Of a DNA stretch of 29,926 nucleotides, positions 1 through 6,781 are shown in pieces (the stretch's first letter is position 1; each line of letters begins with the position of its first letter). Under the pieces are notes generated by a model. The model was not told the origin of the DNA. It saw only the letters and a program-made list of their open reading frames with translations, and searched no databases. The stretch is from Candidatus Omnitrophota bacterium (GTDB taxonomy: Bacteria > Omnitrophota > Gorgyraeia > Duberdicusellales > 4484-171). The DNA lies in NCBI GenBank assembly GCA_021735045.1, contig JAIPHU010000014.1, positions 1-29,926 of the forward strand, given 5' to 3'. The position numbers were made by a program, and so were the translations under genes.

Positions 1-1
1 G

Positions 2-301
2 GTTGAGTGTGAAGATGAAAAAGTAATAGAAAAAAAAGAAATACCTAATCCGGGCCATCATCCAGGCTACTTGCCTGAATTTTTAAAAAAAGAAGGGGTA
101 AGTGTAATTATTGCGGGAGGAATGGGCCAACGTGCTTTAGAGTTATTTTCTCAAAGTGGAATTCAGGTAGTTGTAGGTGTAGGTGGAAAAATTGAAGAAG
201 TAATTGCTAAATTAGTTGAGGGTAAGTTAGAAGGAGGCGAAAGTTTTTGTAAACCGGGCCGAGGCAAAGGTTATGGGATAGAAAAAACCGACAAAGAATA
301 G
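2..301 (+). CDS. NifX/NifB-C-terminal-like (FeMo-cofactor-binding-like family) small protein, 5' partial
   Basis: The frame is open from the window edge (VECEDEKVIEKKEIPNPGHHPGYLPEFLKKEGVSVIIAGGMGQRALELF...), so the TTG start at 71 in the ORF track is an edge artefact. The HxPG...VIIAGGMGxRA...GIxVV pattern is typical of this family. It is a paralog of 528..893. Confidence 0.7.
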   Translation, partial: VECEDEKVIEKKEIPNPGHHPGYLPEFLKKEGVSVIIAGGMGQRALELFSQSGIQVVVGVGGKIEEVIAKLVEGKLEGGESFCKPGRGKGYGIEKTDKE

Positions 302-312
302 AAAGGGCGAAT

Positions 313-469
313 GATACAAGAGACAAAAGGAAATAAACAATAAACAAAGGGAGAATAGACAATAAACAAATTACAAATTACAAACAATATCCAATAGACA
401 ATATACAAACCAGAAGCTATATGCTTTTTTGATATCCACTTGTAATTTGGGATTTGTATATTGGAATTT
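313..469 (+). repeat. Interspersed intergenic element, copy A (A/C-rich heptamer arm, central hairpin with T-run, G/T-rich heptamer arm)
   Basis: Aligns without gaps to 6622..6778 with 3 mismatches in 157 nt (330/6639, 351/6660, 390/6699). The left arm reads CAAATTA CAAATTA CAAACAA TATCCAA TAGACAA TATACAA. The right arm reads TTGTAAT TTGGGAT TTGTATA TTGGAAT. Confidence 0.9.
411..430 (+). terminator. Weak intrinsic-terminator-like hairpin inside repeat copy A
   Basis: CAGAAGC-TATAT-GCTTTTTT: a short stem (AGC/GCT extended by A-T and G-T pairs) followed by a 6-T run, about 110 nt after the stop of the upstream + gene. The stem is short and AT-rich. Confidence 0.3.
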
Positions 470-527
470 GTTTACATCTTGTATCTTGGTTATTTCGATT
501 GTAAACATATTAATAAGGGAGGAGTAA

Positions 528-893
528 ATGAAGTTATGTATTACATCAGAAGGCGATAGCCTAGATTCAAAAGTTGATCCGCGTTTTGGGAGATGCCAAT
601 ATTTTGTTATTGCTGATACAGAAACGGACCAATTAGATGTAGTTAAAAATCCTAATACCGGAGGTATGGGCGGTGTCGGAGTGCAATCAGGCCAGTTGAT
701 TTCAGAAAAAGGAGCAAAAGTTGTTTTAACTGGTAATGTTGGCCCGAATGCTTTTAGGACATTAGAAGCTGCTGGTATTGAAATTATTTCCGGTGTATCT
801 GGGACAGTTAAAGAAGTTGTTGAAGCTTATAAGCAAGGTAAATTTAAACCAGGTGATGGACCCAGCGTTAATTCTAAGTTTGGAATGAATTAA
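528..893 (+). CDS. NifX/NifB-C-terminal-like (FeMo-cofactor-binding-like family) small protein
   Basis: 121 aa with a strong SD (AAGGGAGGAG, 5 nt before the ATG). The N-terminus MKLCITSEGDSLDSKVDPRFGRCQYFVI and the GNVGPNAFRTLEAAGIEI motif are typical of the family. Confidence 0.8.
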   Translation: MKLCITSEGDSLDSKVDPRFGRCQYFVIADTETDQLDVVKNPNTGGMGGVGVQSGQLISEKGAKVVLTGNVGPNAFRTLEAAGIEIISGVSGTVKEVVEAYKQGKFKPGDGPSVNSKFGMN

Positions 894-1201
894 TAAATAA
901 TTGCATTAAGTATAAAGGCACTGCGCTAAAGAATTCGGCTTAGTGCCATAAATAAAGGTATTCGCTAAATAATTGCATTAAGTATAAAGGCACTGCGCTA
1001 AAGAATTCGGCTTAGTGCCATAAATAAAGGTATTCGCTAAATAATTGCATTAAGTATAAAGGCACTGCGCCGAGTAATTCGGCTTAGTGCCATTAAAAAT
1101 AAAGGTATTCGCTAAATAATTGCATTAAGTATAAAGGCACTGCGCCGAGTAATTCGGCTTAGTGCCATTAAAAATAAAGGTATTCGCTAAATAATTGCAT
1201 T
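894..1201 (+). repeat. Tandem array 1 of a 72/75-bp hairpin-containing unit (4 full units plus an 11-nt partial unit)
   Basis: Units 897-968 and 969-1040 are identical (72 bp). Units 1041-1115 and 1116-1190 are identical (75 bp). A partial unit covers 1191-1201. Each 75-bp unit holds the hairpin GGCACT GC GCCGA GTAAT TCGGC TT AGTGCC (e.g. 1061-1091). Every reading frame on both strands has a stop within one unit. Confidence 0.95.
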
Positions 1202-1218
1202 TTTAATGGAGGTAAGTT

Positions 1219-1431
1219 ATGCCAGGTGGAAATGGAACAGGACCAACAGGGCAGGGCCCGATTGGTGGTAGAGGGCAAGGCGGCGGCCAAGGCAGAGGAG
1301 GACGTCCCGGTGCAGGCCCAGGAGGGCTTTGTTTATGCCCGGCTTGTAAGCTAAGTGTGGAGCATAAAGCGGGGACTCCTTGTGCCGAGATGAAATGCCC
1401 TAAGTGCGGTGGGATTTTAGTAAGAGGCTAG
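1219..1431 (+). CDS. DUF5320-like small protein (Gly/Arg-rich N-terminus, C-terminal CxxC...CxxC zinc-ribbon-like motif)
   Basis: GGAGG SD 5 nt upstream. MPGGNGTGPTGQGPIGGRGQGGGQGRGG... is followed by CPACK...CPKCG. This family is commonly found next to NifX-like genes in anaerobes. Confidence 0.7.
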   Translation: MPGGNGTGPTGQGPIGGRGQGGGQGRGGRPGAGPGGLCLCPACKLSVEHKAGTPCAEMKCPKCGGILVRG

Positions 1432-1432
1432 A

Positions 1433-2035
1433 ATGGACCTTTTAGCTAAACAGACTTATCAAGAATATCTTGAGAAAAATAAATTTTACCGTAAGTTTGG
1501 TTATGATATTGAAGCTGAAAGAAATTTTATTTTAGATAAAGCAAAACCTTTATCTGGAGATATTTTGGAAGTAGGAACAGGTAAAGGAAGTTTTACTGTT
1601 ATTTTAGCCAAGAGAGGGTATAATTTTGTTAGTGTAGATGCCTCTTATGATCAACAAAAAATAGGCTATCTTAAGCTAAAACATTTAAGCCTTGATAATC
1701 AAGTTATTTTTAAAATTGAAAATGCGGAAAATTTAAGCTTTAAAGATAAAAGTTTCAGTACAGTCATTTCTGTAAATATGATCCATCATCTTGATGATCC
1801 GCTTAAAGTTGTAAATGAATTTACTAGGGTTTTAAAAAGCAAAGGAAAAATTTTATTAGCTGATTTTACTAAAGAAGGATTAGAGGTAATAAATAAAATT
1901 CATCTACAGCGAGGTAATCGGCATCGAACTGAAAGGATAGATTTTTCTGAATTGGAGAAATACTTTAGCCAAAAAGGTTTTAAGTTAGAAAGATACCGAG
2001 ATAAATTTCAAAAAATATTGTTAGCTTGCCATTAA
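1433..2035 (+). CDS. Class I SAM-dependent methyltransferase
   Basis: Motif I ILEVGTGKGSFT, acidic motif II VSVD, and the post-I/III pattern VISVNMIHHL. The ATG lies 1 nt after the upstream stop, suggesting translational coupling. Confidence 0.75.
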   Translation: MDLLAKQTYQEYLEKNKFYRKFGYDIEAERNFILDKAKPLSGDILEVGTGKGSFTVILAKRGYNFVSVDASYDQQKIGYLKLKHLSLDNQVIFKIENAENLSFKDKSFSTVISVNMIHHLDDPLKVVNEFTRVLKSKGKILLADFTKEGLEVINKIHLQRGNRHRTERIDFSELEKYFSQKGFKLERYRDKFQKILLACH

Positions 2036-2072
2036 GTTATTTAAAAATATTAAAAACATTTAGGGGGATACG

Positions 2073-3416
2073 ATGGGAAAATCAGACATTTTAATAGTTG
2101 GAGCCGGGCCAGCAGGGATGGTTGCAGCTACCACCGCAAAAACATATTATCCGGATAAAAGTATAACCATTATAAAGAGTATTAAATCTGGATGTATTCC
2201 CTGTGGTATTCCTTATATGTTCTCTAGCTTGAAAGATCCTTCTGATAATAAATTAAAAACTGATGCATTGGAGAAAAAAGGGGTTAAAGTTTTTATTGAT
2301 CAAGTAATCTCAATTGATTCAGAAGAAAAAAAAGTTAAAACTAAAAACAATAAAGAATATTCTTATCAAAAGTTAATTTTAGCTATTGGCTCAAAACCAA
2401 TAGTTCCTCCAATTGACGGAATAGACAAAGAAGGAGTTTTCCCTATTCATAAAGATATGGATTACCTAAAAAAGGCTATAGCTCAAATAAAGAAGAAAAA
2501 GAATGTTTTAGTTGTTGGAGGAGGCTTTATCGGAGTTGAGTTTGCCGATGAAATTTCTAATATTGAGGGCATAAAGGTTACTTTAATTGAGATGCGCCCC
2601 CATCTTTTGCTTAATTCTTTTGACCGGGAGTTTTCTCATCTGGTTGAAGATAAATTAAAAAAGAAAGGAGTCAAAGTTATAACTGGTGCTAGAGCTGAGA
2701 AGATAGTTGGCTCTGGTAAGGTTGAACAAGTAGATCTTTCTGATGGAAGAAAAATTGATGCTGAAGGAGTAATCTTAGGGATTGGAGCTTGCCCTAATAC
2801 AGATTTGGCTAAAGATGCCGGCCTGGATTTAAGTAGTAAAGGCGGAATATTAGTAGATGAATATATGAGAAGTTCAGATCCGAATATATTTGCGGTTGGA
2901 GATTGTTCTTGCAAAAGGGATTTTTTTACCCGTAAGGCTGTTCCGGTTATGCTTGCCTCTACTGCTACTGCAGAAGCAAGAGTGGCCGGAGCTAATTTAT
3001 ATAAGATTAAAGTAGTTAGAGAAAATAAAGGGACAATTGCGGTTTATTCTACTTATGTTGACGGATTGGTTTTATCATCAGCAGGGTTAACAGAAGAAAA
3101 TGCGCAAAAAGAAAGTTTTGAGATTATAACTGGCCAGATAGAAGGGATGGATAAACATCCTGGTACTTTGCCGGGAGCACAAAAAAGCATAATGAAATTA
3201 GTTTTTTCTAAACAATCCGGGATTATTTTAGGAGGCCAAGTTAGTTGTGGTATGGCTTGTGCTCAACTTATAAATTTAGTTGGGGTGGCAATTCAAAAAC
3301 GGATGTCAGCAACAGAGTTAGAAACTCTACAGATGGCAACTCATCCTTATCTTACTAGTTCTCCGACAAAATATCCGGTGGTTTTGGCTGCTCAAGAAGC
3401 TTTAAAAAAAGAATAA
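2073..3416 (+). CDS. FAD-dependent pyridine nucleotide-disulfide oxidoreductase (NADH oxidase / CoA-disulfide reductase-like)
   Basis: Two Rossmann GxGxxG motifs (ILIVGAGPAGMVAA and VLVVGGGFIGVEFA), the FAD motif IFAVGDC, and an N-terminal candidate redox Cys in SGCIPCGIPY in the position of the Nox/CoADR SxxxCG(L/I)PY motif. Confidence 0.85.
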   Translation: MGKSDILIVGAGPAGMVAATTAKTYYPDKSITIIKSIKSGCIPCGIPYMFSSLKDPSDNKLKTDALEKKGVKVFIDQVISIDSEEKKVKTKNNKEYSYQKLILAIGSKPIVPPIDGIDKEGVFPIHKDMDYLKKAIAQIKKKKNVLVVGGGFIGVEFADEISNIEGIKVTLIEMRPHLLLNSFDREFSHLVEDKLKKKGVKVITGARAEKIVGSGKVEQVDLSDGRKIDAEGVILGIGACPNTDLAKDAGLDLSSKGGILVDEYMRSSDPNIFAVGDCSCKRDFFTRKAVPVMLASTATAEARVAGANLYKIKVVRENKGTIAVYSTYVDGLVLSSAGLTEENAQKESFEIITGQIEGMDKHPGTLPGAQKSIMKLVFSKQSGIILGGQVSCGMACAQLINLVGVAIQKRMSATELETLQMATHPYLTSSPTKYPVVLAAQEALKKE

Positions 3417-3418
3417 CT

Positions 3419-4300
3419 ATGAAAACTTACCTGGATTGTATCCCCTGTTTTTTTAAACAAGCCTTAGACGCAGCCCGTTTGGCCAAAGCCTCTGAAGCTG
3501 TTCAAAGAGAGGTTTTAATTAGTTTGTCTAAAGAGTTAGAAAATTTTTCCTTAGATAGTTGCCCGCCGCAGATGGGTAAATTTATTTACAATAAAGTAAG
3601 AGAGATTACTAAAAAAAGTGATCCTTATAAAGAAATAAAGGAAAAAAGCAATAAATTAGCTTTAAATTTTTATCCAAAATTAAAAGATAAGGTAAAAAAT
3701 GCAAAAGACCCTCTGTTGTTTTCACTTGAACTTGCTATTGCGGGAAATATTATTGATTATGGAGTAAAACATAGTTTAGATGTAGATAAAGAGTTAGATA
3801 ATATTTTAGCAGAAGAAAGCGAAGCTATAAGGCATGAATCAAAAGCTATTTTTAATTATCCGGAATTTAAGCATAAATTGGCTGAATCCAATAATATCAT
3901 TTATTTGGGTGATAATGCTGGAGAAATTGTTTTTGATAAAATTTTAATTGAACAGATAAAAGAAAATTATCCCAAAAAAGATATTCTATATGTAGTCAAA
4001 GAAAAACCAATAATAAATGATGCTTTAGCCGAAGATGCTTATATGTGCGGTATAGATAACTATGCAAAAATAATTTCAAGTGGTTGTGATTCTCCGGGAA
4101 CAATTCTTTCAATATGCTCAAAAGATTTTTTAAAAAAATTTAAATCAGTTGATATGGTGATAAGTAAAGGACAAGGTAATTTTGAAGCATTGTATAAAAA
4201 AAGCAAACGACCTGTTTTTTTTCTTTTTATGGCAAAGTGTCCGGTAGTGGCAAAAGATATTGGTTCTAAGATAAAAGATATAATCTTGTTATATGAGTAG
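3419..4300 (+). CDS. DUF89 / ARMT1-like damage-control phosphatase family protein
   Basis: The N-terminus MKTYLDCIPCFFKQALDAARLA and the GDNAGEIVFDK and KGQGNFE motifs are characteristic of DUF89 subfamily proteins. Confidence 0.75.
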   Translation: MKTYLDCIPCFFKQALDAARLAKASEAVQREVLISLSKELENFSLDSCPPQMGKFIYNKVREITKKSDPYKEIKEKSNKLALNFYPKLKDKVKNAKDPLLFSLELAIAGNIIDYGVKHSLDVDKELDNILAEESEAIRHESKAIFNYPEFKHKLAESNNIIYLGDNAGEIVFDKILIEQIKENYPKKDILYVVKEKPIINDALAEDAYMCGIDNYAKIISSGCDSPGTILSICSKDFLKKFKSVDMVISKGQGNFEALYKKSKRPVFFLFMAKCPVVAKDIGSKIKDIILLYE

Positions 4301-4339
4301 TTACTTTTATTTTTTTGATAAAGGGATATAATTTAGAAA

Positions 4340-5050
4340 ATGGATTTTAAAATATTATTTGATAAAAATGCTATAAGCCCTAATTTGAAAACCGGGTGGG
4401 GATTTTCTGTATTTATAGACGGAGTTTTATTTGATACAGGAGAAGATGGAGATCTTTTACTTTCTAATTTGAAAGCTGAAGGAATAAATATAAATTCTAT
4501 TGAAAAGATAGTGATTTCTCATGATCATTGGGATCATATCGGTGGCCTTTGGTCTTTACTAGAATTAAAAAAGGATTTAAAGGTTTATGGCTGCCGAGGC
4601 TTTTCCAGTCAGACTAAAAACAAAATAAAAGATTTAGGTGCAGAATTTGTCGAAAGCAGTGGTTTTTTGCAGATAAAATCTAATATTTATACTACTGGAG
4701 AAATATTTGGATTTTATAAGTCTGTGGATATTTCTGAACAGTCTCTGGTAGTAAAATCTAAAAAAGGTTTGGTTGTTGTCACGGGTTGTTCTCATCCAGG
4801 TGTAGTAAAAATAGTTGAAAAAGCTAAAGAAAATTTTAAAGATGAAGATATCCATTTGGTTTTCGGTGGTTTTCATCTGATGAATAAGGAAAAAAGAGAA
4901 ATAAAATTAATCGTACAAAAATTAAAAGATTTAGGTATAAATTATGTTGGCCCGACTCACTGTACAGGCTATGAGGCTCAACAATTTTTTAGGCAAGTTT
5001 TTAAAAATAAATATATTTCTATTAAGGTAGGAAAGACCATTACTGTTTGA
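4340..5050 (+). CDS. MBL-fold metallo-hydrolase (MJ0301-like subfamily)
   Basis: HxHxDH motif (SHDHWDHIGG), the N-terminal GWGFSVFIDG..LFDTG pattern, and a later GCSHPG motif. Confidence 0.8.
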   Translation: MDFKILFDKNAISPNLKTGWGFSVFIDGVLFDTGEDGDLLLSNLKAEGININSIEKIVISHDHWDHIGGLWSLLELKKDLKVYGCRGFSSQTKNKIKDLGAEFVESSGFLQIKSNIYTTGEIFGFYKSVDISEQSLVVKSKKGLVVVTGCSHPGVVKIVEKAKENFKDEDIHLVFGGFHLMNKEKREIKLIVQKLKDLGINYVGPTHCTGYEAQQFFRQVFKNKYISIKVGKTITV

Positions 5051-5055
5051 TTATT

Positions 5056-5688
5056 ATGTTAAAACTTATTTATAAAGAGTTAAGGCATCATATCCGATTT
5101 ACTATTTTTGGAGCCATTACTGGAATTATGGTTATGTTTTTTTTCAAAAATTTACCTGCGGCAATCTCTTATAATATATTTTATATTTTGCATCCTATAC
5201 ATGTGCTGCTAAGTGCATTAGTTACAACCTCGATGTATTCTTTCTACAGTTGCCCTGTCTCAAAACGTAAGTGTAATGTTTGGTTTTTACTGGTAATTGG
5301 TTATTTTGGAGCAATAGGCATTGCGACTTTATCAGATTGTATTATTCCCTATTTAGCTGAAATCTTACTGGGATTACCTAACCGGGAAATTCACTTAGGT
5401 TTCATTGAAAAATGGTGGTTGGTTAATCCTTTGGCAATTTTGGGGGTAGCGATTGCTTATTTTTGGCCGCGGACTAAATTTCCCCATGCCGGGCATGTAT
5501 TGTTAAGCACTTGGGCCTCGCTTTTTCATATTATTATGGCCTTAGGGAAAGAACTTAATCCGTGGTTATATTTGGCTATTTTTGTCTTTTTATTTATAGC
5601 TGTTTGGTTACCTTGTTGTATAAGTGATATAGTTTTTCCGCTTTTGTTTGTAAAAGAAAAAAATGAAGAGGTTCATCAGCACAAATAA
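5056..5688 (+). CDS. Polytopic membrane protein with conserved His motifs (possible metal transport; function unknown)
   Basis: About 6 hydrophobic segments plus His-containing motifs (HPIHVLLS, FPHAGHVLLS, LFHII). I prefer the ATG at 5056 over the TTG at 5047 given by the track. Confidence 0.5.
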   Translation: MLKLIYKELRHHIRFTIFGAITGIMVMFFFKNLPAAISYNIFYILHPIHVLLSALVTTSMYSFYSCPVSKRKCNVWFLLVIGYFGAIGIATLSDCIIPYLAEILLGLPNREIHLGFIEKWWLVNPLAILGVAIAYFWPRTKFPHAGHVLLSTWASLFHIIMALGKELNPWLYLAIFVFLFIAVWLPCCISDIVFPLLFVKEKNEEVHQHK

Positions 5689-5693
5689 TTATT

Positions 5694-5894
5694 ATGGGTA
5701 GTGAATGCAAGTGGTATCAAGTTTGTCCGATGAAAAGATTTTTTGAGCAAGGGAAAATTGCTAGGCATTGGATTGATTTTTATTGTCATAATAATTGGCA
5801 AAAATGCAAAAGATTTGATTTAGAGGAAAAACAGATAGAGCATTCGGATAATATGTTACCGGATGGTTCAATTGATAATAATTTAGGAAGATAA
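5694..5894 (+). CDS. Small Cys/Trp-rich protein, possible metal-binding, function unknown
   Basis: 66 aa with 4 spaced Cys (CKWYQVCP...YCHNNWQKC) and tight spacing to the upstream gene. No family is recognised with confidence. Confidence 0.5.
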   Translation: MGSECKWYQVCPMKRFFEQGKIARHWIDFYCHNNWQKCKRFDLEEKQIEHSDNMLPDGSIDNNLGR

Positions 5895-5897
5895 AAC

Positions 5898-5938
5898 CTT
5901 ATGCAACAAAACAGGTTCAAACAAAAATGTTGCATAAG
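5898..5938 (+). other. Perfect 11-bp inverted repeat (hairpin) between the Cys-rich ORF and nnrE
   Basis: CTTATGCAACA (5898-5908) and TGTTGCATAAG (5928-5938) are exact reverse complements separated by a 19-nt loop. No T-run follows; the stem ends 3 nt before the nnrE SD (GAGGGG). Confidence 0.5.
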
Positions 5939-5949
5939 CGAGGGGTTTT

Positions 5950-6645
5950 ATGAATGCGATAACTGCTGGACAGATGAAAAAAGTTGATAAGGCTGCAATG
6001 GATGAGTTTGGAATTCCTTCTTTAATCTTGATGGAAAATGCTGGAAGAGCTGCTGCTGACATTGCTTATAAGATGCTTATAGATAAAAAAGGAAAAGTAA
6101 TTTGCATTTGCGGTAAAGGAAATAATGGCGGCGATGGTTTTGTTTGCGCAAGACATCTTATCAATAAGGGAATCAATATCCTAGTTTTTTTAACCTGTAG
6201 CCGGGATAGATTAAAAGGCGATGCTAAAATAAATTTTTCTATTTTGGAAAAAATAAAGGTCCCCATTTATGAGTTAACCAAAAAAGATGATTTCACAGAC
6301 TTAAAAAATGAAATTATAAACTCACAATTAGTAGTTGATGCAATATTTGGAATAGGTATTACAGGTAAAATAAAGGAGCCTTATTCAGAAATCATAGAAA
6401 CAATCAATAAAAATAAGAATGAAACTTTAGCACTGGATATTCCTTCTGGGTTAGATGCAACAGATGGAGTCCCTTTAGGTAAATGCATAAAAGCTAATAG
6501 AACAGCGACTTTTGCAGCTCCTAAAACAGGCCTTGTGACAAAAGAGGGCCCTGAGTTTTGTGGAGAGGTTATTGTGGTAGATATAGCTATCCCTAAACAG
6601 CTCTTGGGGAGAAAAACGAAAGATACAAGAGACAAAAGAAAATAA
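5950..6645 (+). CDS. nnrE: NAD(P)H-hydrate epimerase (stand-alone YjeF N-terminal domain)
   Basis: Motifs GIPSLILMENAGRAAA, GKGNNGGDGFVCARHL, DAIFGIGITG and LDIPSGLDATDG. No C-terminal dehydratase domain is present. The last 8 codons and the stop lie inside repeat copy B. Confidence 0.85.
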   Translation: MNAITAGQMKKVDKAAMDEFGIPSLILMENAGRAAADIAYKMLIDKKGKVICICGKGNNGGDGFVCARHLINKGINILVFLTCSRDRLKGDAKINFSILEKIKVPIYELTKKDDFTDLKNEIINSQLVVDAIFGIGITGKIKEPYSEIIETINKNKNETLALDIPSGLDATDGVPLGKCIKANRTATFAAPKTGLVTKEGPEFCGEVIVVDIAIPKQLLGRKTKDTRDKRK

Positions 6646-6778
6646 ACAATAAACAAAGGAAGAATAGACAATAAACAAATTACAAATTACAAACAATACC
6701 CAATAGACAATATACAAACCAGAAGCTATATGCTTTTTTGATATCCACTTGTAATTTGGGATTTGTATATTGGAATTT
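6622..6778 (+). repeat. Interspersed intergenic element, copy B
   Basis: 154 of 157 nt identical to 313..469. It overlaps the 3' end of nnrE (stop 6643-6645) and ends 3 nt before the map ATG (6782). It contains the same hairpin with T-run at 6720-6739. Confidence 0.9.
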
Positions 6779-6781
6779 ATT

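Noticed and set aside
2-893. Nitrogen-fixation (nif) locus
   Set aside because: Only small NifX/NifB-C-terminal-like domain proteins are present. This family is widespread in non-diazotrophic anaerobes, and no nifHDK, nifEN or nifB radical-SAM genes are seen.
894-1201. CRISPR array (31-nt palindromic 'repeat' with 41-44-nt 'spacers')
   Set aside because: The intervening 'spacers' are identical to each other within and between the two arrays, so the whole 72-75 bp is the repeating unit. There are no cas genes in 30 kb. A repeat-finder would probably mis-call this.
894-1201. tRNA gene array (unit length of 72-75 nt equals tRNA size)
   Set aside because: The unit cannot be drawn as a cloverleaf. 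There is no acceptor pairing between unit ends and no GTTCRA T-loop. The single long hairpin has a 5-nt loop without U33.
1219-1330. Sharp GC-rich island as a sign of horizontally acquired DNA
   Set aside because: The GC excess is fully explained by the Gly/Arg/Pro/Gln-rich N-terminus of the DUF5320-like protein (GGN, CGN, CCN and CAG codons). The flanks and gene context are native-looking.
894-1431. Type III toxin-antitoxin locus (ToxI-like repeats followed by a toxin) for array 1
   Set aside because: The downstream gene is a 70-aa Gly-rich zinc-ribbon DUF5320-like protein, not a ToxN/CptN/TenpN-like endoribonuclease. No terminator separates the repeats from the gene. The idea remains open only for array 2, whose downstream gene lies outside the window.
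2636-2914. Antisense ORFs in the track (2636-2914, 4634-4876, 6066-6266, 9412-9609, 10117-10368, 10405-10698, 13314-13691, 14220-14579, 21931-22167, 23799-24020, 24227-24545; all on the - strand)
   Set aside because: Each lies entirely opposite a + strand gene with strong family motifs. Their translations are low-complexity (Ser/Leu/Phe/Ile-rich), they lack an SD and they show no recognisable homology. They are shadow ORFs typical of AT-rich coding DNA.
6381-6717. Two overlapping - strand ORFs (6381-6671, 6475-6717) spanning the nnrE 3' end and repeat copy B
   Set aside because: They lie antisense to nnrE and run into the heptamer repeat. Their sequence is dictated by the repeat and by nnrE codons, and there is no SD.
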